Source: Trichosphaerium sp. ATCC 40318 (Eukaryota; Protista; Tubulinea). From it: a DNA stretch of 45,046 nucleotides. A program made the translations under genes and the position numbers. Of the stretch, positions 37,226 through 45,046 are shown piece after piece. Under the pieces are notes generated by a model. It saw only the letters and a list, made by a program, of their open reading frames with translations. It was not told where the DNA came from and ran no database searches. How positions within the stretch are numbered: position 1 is the first letter of the stretch; the number at the start of each line of letters is the position of its first letter. The stretch is taken from the NCBI GenBank assembly GCA_038496445.1, contig JALMLS010000193.1, positions 1 to 45,046 on the forward strand, read 5' to 3'.

Positions 37226-38668
37226 TCACTAACAACTTTACTGTGCTTTTAATCAAATAAAAACAACTTAGTTAAAGTACACAATGGAGTTTATTTGTTA
37301 AACCCTTTCATTTTGCTCGTATTACCTGTTTAAGAAGCATTGATACACTCTTGCGATATTCCTTTTACTCTTCGGAGCTTGTTTCGGATTCATCGAACAT
37401 ATCTGTGACTCGCATGATCGTTCAGTATATTACAATCAGAATTGTACTATGCGTGGTAGTACCCAAGAACCCAAGCTGAGATAATCAACATTTCTTCTTA
37501 ACATATACGGAAATAGGTTTAAACCTGTCCAATGCTTTCGTGCTCTCTTCTGTCTCAAATGCTCTTCTTTACACTATTGGGTAGTAACGATTTTCTCATA
37601 CGTATGCTTCGTAATCATCCATCTTCATGATCTCAGTGATGTAATCAGAATGTACAAGAGCGCCCAACATGTGCGTTTCACCCTCTCTCTACCAACTCAA
37701 TGTATTTGTATCTGTCCAGATTGTTCACTTGACCAAGTAGATATGTTATAGGTACTCAATGAGCACAATTACTCTTTGTATAGTACCTATTGAACCGATA
37801 GTAGTCAAGAGCCTCCTTTCTTTGCATAGATGTTCGGATTCTTCTAGTGACTCGGGAGCTGCGCTCTTGTCAAAGGATTTCAACGCGAGCTCAATCTTCT
37901 TGCTAACATCTCCGTCTCACTAATGTTTATTATTCTCATTTTTAGTCCAAAATTAAACCCTTTGCGATGTGTTAGAATTCAGTCAAGTCTTACATATTAC
38001 ATTTCTTCCAGGACATACAAGTCAGCACAATGAATTTGTTATGAATTGCCAGCTGGATACTTTAAGGATTAACAACTGTTGTCAATTTGTAATGCAAGTA
38101 GTGACAATTAGGTGGCTTTACCGTCATGTGGTAGCCTTTCATAGTACTCACGATACTTACGTTTGCACTGTACTAAGACACTAGTTGGCAGTTTTCTACA
38201 GACGTGTGGTAAAAAAAAAAGTCGTTCCTAGTAAGCAACCAGCAATACATTTCTCCGAAGGCGCAACAAGTCTCCAAGGCACGGCAAGCAGTGATCGCGT
38301 TGTAATAGGATTTGTAGTATTTATTCACTATGCACATGGTACGTACGATGCGCATACTGCGCCTTAGCTTTGTTTTTGAGGCTATGCTTTAATAACAAGC
38401 ACAACTACCCGTTGGGTTTTTTTTTTATTTGATTTATGCTGTAAGAACAAAACGGCGCAAAAACACGTGATTTCTTAGAAATAGGACATATCACGCGTCA
38501 CATGCCAAATTTCTTGAAAACTAGTGCGAACCAGGCAATCCAGTTGTTTACTCAGTACAAAACTACTTATTTGTAGTTCTTACAACAGTAAGGCCAACAA
38601 ACCAGCAGCCTAGCTTGACTGACACAAGATAATATTTTTGTACTATTATCTAACATTTTTCTTCGTAG

Positions 38669-39646
38669 TATTCTAGTCCCTTGTGTAAAAGAAAATTGTG
38701 CAATGAATTGGATGCTTTGACTTTATTGGATATTCCATGTGAACTTCAAACCTATATTTGTACTTTCAACATTGAAACATTCACGAAATTCCACACTCTA
38801 TCAAAGAGAGCTGCAACAAATACTCATTTTAATGAAGTATTACAAAGAAAAGGGATATGGATAAGATGGTATAAAAGTGGAAAGGTGAAGTCTCATCAAT
38901 ACACAGTAAATGGGTTGATTAAAGAATGGTATCCAAATGGATCACTCAAGGAGCAGTACATACAAGTCAATGGTAAAAAAGAAGGTGAGTGGTTGTCATG
39001 GTATGAAAGTGGACAACTTCAGGTCCAATCCATGTGGGTTAATGATAAACAGCATGGTGAAAATAAAGCATGGTATGACAACGGACAACTACTATACCAT
39101 GCCATGTGGGTTAATGGTAAACTAAATGGTGAATTTAAAAAGTGGCATAACAATGGACAACTTGCGCAACAAGCCTCATGGGTTGATGGTAAACATACTG
39201 GTGAAAGTAAAGGATGGTTTAAGAATGGCCAATTACAGTATCTATTCATGTGGGCCAATGACAAACAACATGGCAAACGTAGAGATTGGTATGAGAATGG
39301 ACAACTTGAAGGCCAATCCATGTGGGTCAATGGTAAACAAACTGGTGAAAGTATAGGATGGTACGAAAATGGACAACTTCAGGACCAGTCCATGTGGGTT
39401 GATGATAAACGGCATGGTGAATGTAAATTATGGTATGAAAATGGACAACTTAAGCGCCAGTCCATGTGGGTTGATGGTAAAAGACACGGAGATATTAAAT
39501 GCTGGTATGAAAATGGACAGCTTAAGAGCCAGTCCACGTGGGTTGATGGTAAAAGACATGGAGATATTAAAGGCTGGTATAAAGATGGAAAACTAAAGTA
39601 TCAATCAATGTGGGTTGATGGTAAAGAACAAACTATAATTGTGTAA
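38669..39646 (+). CDS. F-box-like + about 10 tandem 24-aa MORN-variant repeats; first exon unresolved
   Basis: LLDIPCELQTYI motif, then regular 72-nt repeats GExxxWYENGQLxxQSMWVDGKxH. There is no ATG near the 5' end of the ORF, but a CTAAC branch point and acceptor AGs at 38668 and 38676 imply an upstream exon (candidate ATG 38502). Confidence 0.85.
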   Translation, partial: YSSPLCKRKLCNELDALTLLDIPCELQTYICTFNIETFTKFHTLSKRAATNTHFNEVLQRKGIWIRWYKSGKVKSHQYTVNGLIKEWYPNGSLKEQYIQVNGKKEGEWLSWYESGQLQVQSMWVNDKQHGENKAWYDNGQLLYHAMWVNGKLNGEFKKWHNNGQLAQQASWVDGKHTGESKGWFKNGQLQYLFMWANDKQHGKRRDWYENGQLEGQSMWVNGKQTGESIGWYENGQLQDQSMWVDDKRHGECKLWYENGQLKRQSMWVDGKRHGDIKCWYENGQLKSQSTWVDGKRHGDIKGWYKDGKLKYQSMWVDGKEQTIIV

Positions 39647-40252
39647 CCTCTTAAATACATTAGTTAAGTACGGATACTACAGGACAATGTTTGTGCCGTA
39701 AAGCGTCATCCTTTGGTGTATTGCCCCATCTATCTTTTTATCACATAAGGCGCCTACATCAAGCAAGAACTTAACCAATGATACTTTTCTTACCAGTGAG
39801 CGTCTGTACGAAGTGTAGCAGATCACAACCAAAATGCCCTCTCTGACATATCAGAAACGTTGCAGGAAACATCTGTAGAAGTGTAGGAGCACAACGTAAA
39901 CATACAAAAAATGAAATCAAAGTTCTGCATTGTTACTCTAAACATACTATTTAACTGAATGTCGTATCCACATTGTTGTGCCCAATAACTGTTCAATACT
40001 CGTACAAGTAACTGTCAAATAAATAAACTCCTTTGTTTACACAATGGCTACTACTGTTTTTAAAGTTCATAATGATGACTCTTTCGATTTTTTTTTATGT
40101 AATAAAACTTTTGTACAAGTGTTTTTTTTTGTGGTTTTTTTTTTAATCACAATCTCCTTTTCTTTTGATTGCCAGACGTCTGTACGACTTCAGAAAAAAA
40201 ATAGAAGATATGACATATTTACTGAATGCTCCTTGGTCAGTGTGTGGATAAC

Positions 40253-41995
40253 TTAAAAGCACTCTGCAACAATCCCTGGGTCAAGATCAGGTAAGTCTTC
40301 AAAAATCTTTTTGTTTGTTTGAGCTGAATTAACAGGGTTTGACTTTGGGAATAAACTGTTCGTCTTTTGGTTATAAGCGTTTCCAGGCTTTGTATATTGA
40401 CCCATACCAATACTTGGATATCCATTTACCATTGTATCACGTGGTTGAGCCATTATAGTTGTATCAAGACGAGGACGTTTACTTTCATGAGAAATAGAAT
40501 CAAGACGCATTGAAAGGTTCTTATCATCTCCTGGTGCCTTCCTTTTTACGTGAGATGGGCCATCTTGGTGTTGTATTAGGTCATTTAATGTTGCTTTAAG
40601 CGTTATCAATTTCGCTACAAAAACCACTGTAAGCACGTGCAGTGAGAAACAAAAATAAAATTGTTGAAAAGAAATCTTCCTAAAGCGTTACCTTTCTCTG
40701 CACGTTGTGACCTTTCTATGAGCTCTTCTAAAATCTTTATCAACCCAATAAGTTCTATAGCTCTATCATATTCTCTGGCATTTAGGAGGGAGTCTGCATA
40801 CTCTACAATTTGGTCCCTGAAGAAAGAAATTAATCACAACTACTCACAGGAGTTGACCTCGTACCTCAAAGGTTCAAAATCTTCTGCCGTGCTTGGTAAG
40901 CCTGCTGCGATGAGACCCTATAATAAACAATCAGTTTGTGTGACTCATGTTGTCACTATTTCGGAAAAATATAACGAACCTTATCTCGAGCAATACCTAC
41001 TTGATTGTTCCACTGTTGGAACTCTTTATCTATCGCAAAAACGTTAACAAACATATGTAAAAAAAGATTTAAAAATAACTAAGTGTAGCTAGCGCACATC
41101 ACGTGACAGCCTTTTTATTTTATCGAATATTTTGGTTTAAAAAATACGTACACATGCGTTCAATATTGTGCTCTTCATCTGATATTAATCTACGGGGAAT
41201 ATCGCGACCTATAGATAAAGTTAAGGCCTAACATTGAAGGTTTTAAGTTTTATTTCAAAACATTTCTCATCCTCAAACTCACCATTCTCTTTCCAAATCA
41301 TCTGTGTCAATAAATCGTGCGTTGCAACTAAGTATCAAATAAGCTGATAGCAAACAAGAATAGTAACACAATAAAGAGTAACCATGCAAAGCAAACAAAA
41401 TAAAAATAGAAAATAATAAAACAAAGACCTTACCTATCGATACACGAGCCTTGTTCATATGTAAATAATTTCTATAATGCTCCTTATCCTTATCAAAGCT
41501 GTTTTGCCATGAGGTATTTCTGTATATTACATGCACAGTCTGCATACTCTCTGGGCATTTTTCTCGCACCTACAAAATGAATAAGCTTTTTTTTTTTGTA
41601 ACATTTTGTTAAAACAAAAAATGGTTCACTGAGCCTTACCCTTGCGCAAAACCAATACTCTACACCATCCATAACAGACTGTACTTCAACGTATGTTCCA
41701 GCATGAAGTTGCTTTCTAAAAAGTACGTCAGACAAGACCAGCAACGCAGAAAAAACGAAAGAACAAAAAAGAACAGCGAATAAAAAATGTTTATGATGTT
41801 CATTGCGTTCTTGTTAATTAACACAATATTGTTTGATTGATATCTATCAACGTACTCCTTTGCTAAGACCTTAGGCCTTTGTTTTCGTAACTGCCACTCT
41901 TCAACAGTAGTCACATGATTTTTTCCCCATTCAATGACGTAGTAAGGAATAACAATACCAATAACAGTCTTACATCCGAGATCTTGTACTCTTGC
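40253..41995 (-). CDS. Hypothetical protein with Tudor/Agenet-like N-terminal domain(s) and a helical C-terminus; multi-exon, start upstream unresolved
   Basis: Exons ARVQDLG..YYVIEWGKNHVTTVEEWQLR and LHAGTYVEVQSVMDGVEYWFCARVREK..VHVIY resemble Tudor-fold strands; NLS-like KRK and KRPR; canonical splice sites. Confidence 0.55.
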
Positions 41996-44151
41996 CTACA
42001 AAAAAAAAAACGAAACATTAGCACGTGCAAAATTCATGTGATAATTTTTCTTAAAGTACTAAGGTGATTGGATACACATAATGAAAACGAAATTTTTTAC
42101 GCTCAAAGGCGACAAAAGGGCAAAGACGAGAAAATTTTTCGGTTTTTTTCGTTTGTTTTTTTTTTCAGACTTAGAATACGGCTAAAACACCGCGAACGGT
42201 ATTATTTTATTGGTGATAGTTTAATGCGATAGTTAAAACGGGTCGTTATAGAATTTAGCGCGAAATGAAAAAAAAAAAAAAACAGACAAAAAGTCTGGGC
42301 GTAAAATGATGTTTTATGAATTCTGGAATATGCCTGTAGGTTAATCGAAAGGTAATTAATACGAATAAGGTAATAGATTGACATTTAAATACGAACAAAA
42401 GAAGTTAATCAAAAACCCAAAAAAAAATATCGCATTTAACTCGTTATATTGCTCGTATATAATAACGTACCGATAGCCATGCGAACGAATGGTACGACTC
42501 TGCGCCTGTTAGAAGGAATTCAACATTTTCGCCCTTGACGAACTTGTGGCGCTTTTTAGTATAGTTAGGGTGCCGTATGGACTTGTTTACGCATTCCATC
42601 ACCCTGTAACGTTTTTTAGCGGGCTGAGTGATAAAACAACCTTTTGAACGATTGATAAGAACAATAGAATAAGAGCATTAAAGAATAAAGATGTTTGAGG
42701 TGTTGTGGCGTAAAAGAAGAAAAATAAAGGGCGGAAAAGTTTCAACCCTCACTTGTCATTGAAGTGTTATGAAATGCTTTAAAATGACGTGAAAGAGTTA
42801 CTGCAATACAGGAAAAACCAAATGTTGAGAATATTGAAGTGCCTGTTGACAAAAAGCTCGTTTTGTGAGTTAAAATTACTAGGCGTTAGGTGTGAAAAGG
42901 CGTTTTGATATTTGTAATGATTTCTCAAGCGAATTGAAGAAAAAGCCACAAACTCGTTATTAAAATAATTGTGCTGTTACCTTGAGGGAGCGCAGGTGTA
43001 TGCGGCGTAAGTAACTTGGAAAATATGAAATCATTTGACTGTATGTGAAACCACTTGTCACTCAAGCCCGCACAAGTACGAAAACAGACTTGTCTACAAT
43101 ATTCAGTTGCTTTCGCAATAGTTCCCAATACTCAACCAAAAAAAGCGGTAAATGTTGTTTTTCATTTTAGTTGGCTGCTTTGCACCCCCAGTTGCGCTAT
43201 TAGCGCGCAAAAATGCGGTTATAACGCAATGATATCGTACATGTCAACCACAGTGAGTGTTTGTGGTAGAAAAAAGCAAAACCGGTGTTTGCGTTACACA
43301 AGTAGGCGGCTTTGCGTTAGAATACAATATTAATTGCGCTTGTGCTCTTTTACATTTTGTACATGGTTTTTGTTTAAACCGCTAGTTTGTTAGGGCGTTC
43401 TACAATGGATTCTGCAGTTGATCGAAGGAGCTTGTACGTAAAGGTTCTCGTTTTGGTTTACTTAGGCTGTCAAGTGTCATCATTTTTAAAGTTTTGAGTG
43501 CAATGATGGATGGGATGCTACAAACAATAAGTAACAACGTCTTTTAGCGGTTTCGTAAGTTAAGAGGTTTTTGTTAAACGAAAAAGAAGTGGTTGGCTGC
43601 CAAAGTGGTTTGGGTTGTAATAACGACCGCAGTAGCTTCAAATAGAAGTATTCACAAAAATAGTGTAGTAATGTAAAGGAGAATTCGTACAATTTGGGTT
43701 ATGATGCTTCTCTGTCGTACTTGGGAGTGTGTCAATCTGCTCCGAAAAGCGATCTGGCCCGTGGTGCTGTATTACCCATAAGGCGTATGGATGTTGTAGA
43801 ATACGATATAGACGCGAACCCTTCTCTATTGGCTGCGTTGAACGGTGTTTTGATGACTTTGCAGTGTTTTTTCTAGAAATAGGCAGTTCTCGTCTATGAA
43901 TCGCAAAGTCGAGTATTTGAGGAGCGCTCATGTCAGTTCTTAATGGCTAGATTTATTTTAATCGGTTTTTTTAAGGCACGTAAGGCTAAGCAAGGTTCTT
44001 TCATAGATCTGTACTTTACCAGACTTTTTGCAATTAGAATAGTCCAGTACTTACAGGTGCCCTTTGCACTCGTACTATGTCATATCATGTGCAATTACAT
44101 TGTTTAGTTGAAATTAAGTATCACATGGTTATTTATTTTGTTAAAACAGAT

Positions 44152-45046
44152 TCATACAGACCAGCATTCAGAAGTAAGTAAGCGTGCAACTGTTCTGTTC
44201 TTCATTTTCAAATATAACTTGTATGAACTACCACTAAGTTTGAAAGGCTCTGATTTACTTCCCTTCGAATAGATTGATACTGTTCGTTTGTACATATTCA
44301 ATGTAACACATATTACATCTATGGAGAAGTCAACAAACAAAATTAGAAACAACTCACGTGTAACTCGCTCGCGAGCACCTTTACTCGTGGCAGTGTATGT
44401 CTTTTTATGGGATTCGCCAAAACCTGTCGCCTTTACTCCCAAATAGAATTTAGTTCCTGTATAAGCTTTCACACTACAATACAGTTAATATTGTTAAGTA
44501 ACATAAACTGAATACCTGATTTCAACATGGTGGGCTCCTGAAGCAAAACTACCATTTACATATACCACACCGTGCCTCCAGCAATCCGAGTCTATCTTAT
44601 AATTGTTACCCTCTACGCGTGTGTCGTGCTCAGAGAGTGACAGGTATGATTCTTCTTGCAAACTAAACTTCCATAATGCCTTGTTAGATATTTCTTCGAC
44701 TTTTGTGAGGTTCTTTTCAATCGCTAGTGCCTTAGTTCGTACAGCCTTGATACTCATATCCGCTGCTTTTTGTGAACGTGTTACAGCGCTTAATCCTGTC
44801 TTTGTATTCGAAAGCGTTCGTTCAAGTGAGTCCACTCGAGCAGTTTGCTTTGCGAGAAGACCTAGAAAGTCTTTTTCAGACTTTTTTGATGCTTCTGCGA
44901 AACTGAGTTTTAATTCGTTTACTGCTGCAACTAAATCACGCGATTTATTCTCTTCTGAAGCCAATCTCGTCTTTAGGTCATTGACCATAATTTCAAGCCC
45001 TTCAGATTTCGTTCTTTCTCCCAAGAGACTAGCCTTCAACGCAGCA
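44152..45046 (-). CDS. Coiled-coil + SPRY/B30.2-like protein, 5'-partial
   Basis: Long heptad-rich region open to the window edge, then SFASGAHHVEISV..KFYLGV..VICVTLNMYKRTVSIY, matching the SPRY strand pattern. One intron near 44473-44515 and a probable 39-nt in-frame intron near 44319-44357. Confidence 0.6.

Noticed and set aside
38900-39646. CRISPR array or diversity-generating retroelement
   Set aside because: The repeats are in-frame coding units; there are no spacers, no reverse transcriptase and no template/variable repeat pair.
42400-44000. Short ORFs and splice-like signals
   Set aside because: No coherent gene model or recognisable motif.

Overview
AT-rich (roughly 35% GC by eye) eukaryotic nuclear DNA, probably from a free-living protist. 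An amoeba is the likeliest source on gene content, but this is inference. Most genes are split by many short (about 40-60 nt) GT-AG introns with CTAAY branch points, so the ORF track fragments them; I rebuilt gene models by hand. Conserved genes: a secreted type-B carboxylesterase, a multi-pass (about 7 TM) membrane protein, an At3g27390-like membrane protein, IDI1, ARFRP1 (with Glu at the catalytic switch-II Gln), a Rap-GAP, a DUF389 protein, a lamin-tail-like domain/PhoD fusion, a Tudor/Agenet-like protein and a partial coiled-coil/SPRY-like protein. Interspersed is an accessory layer of six intron-poor F-box-like genes (three with MORN-variant repeats, two with LRRs, one with a beta-rich domain), one of which has a decayed F-box, plus an ankyrin pseudogene and other relics. 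Most notable: (1) a head-to-head pair of three-exon genes, missed by the ORF track, encoding an identical 65-aa, 10-Cys secreted peptide from a KR-cleaved prepropeptide, with near-identical exons but diverged introns; (2) the F-box plus hypervariable-repeat repertoire; (3) about 10-fold enrichment of CACGTG, often inside introns. I found no tRNA, rRNA, CRISPR array or intact transposon.
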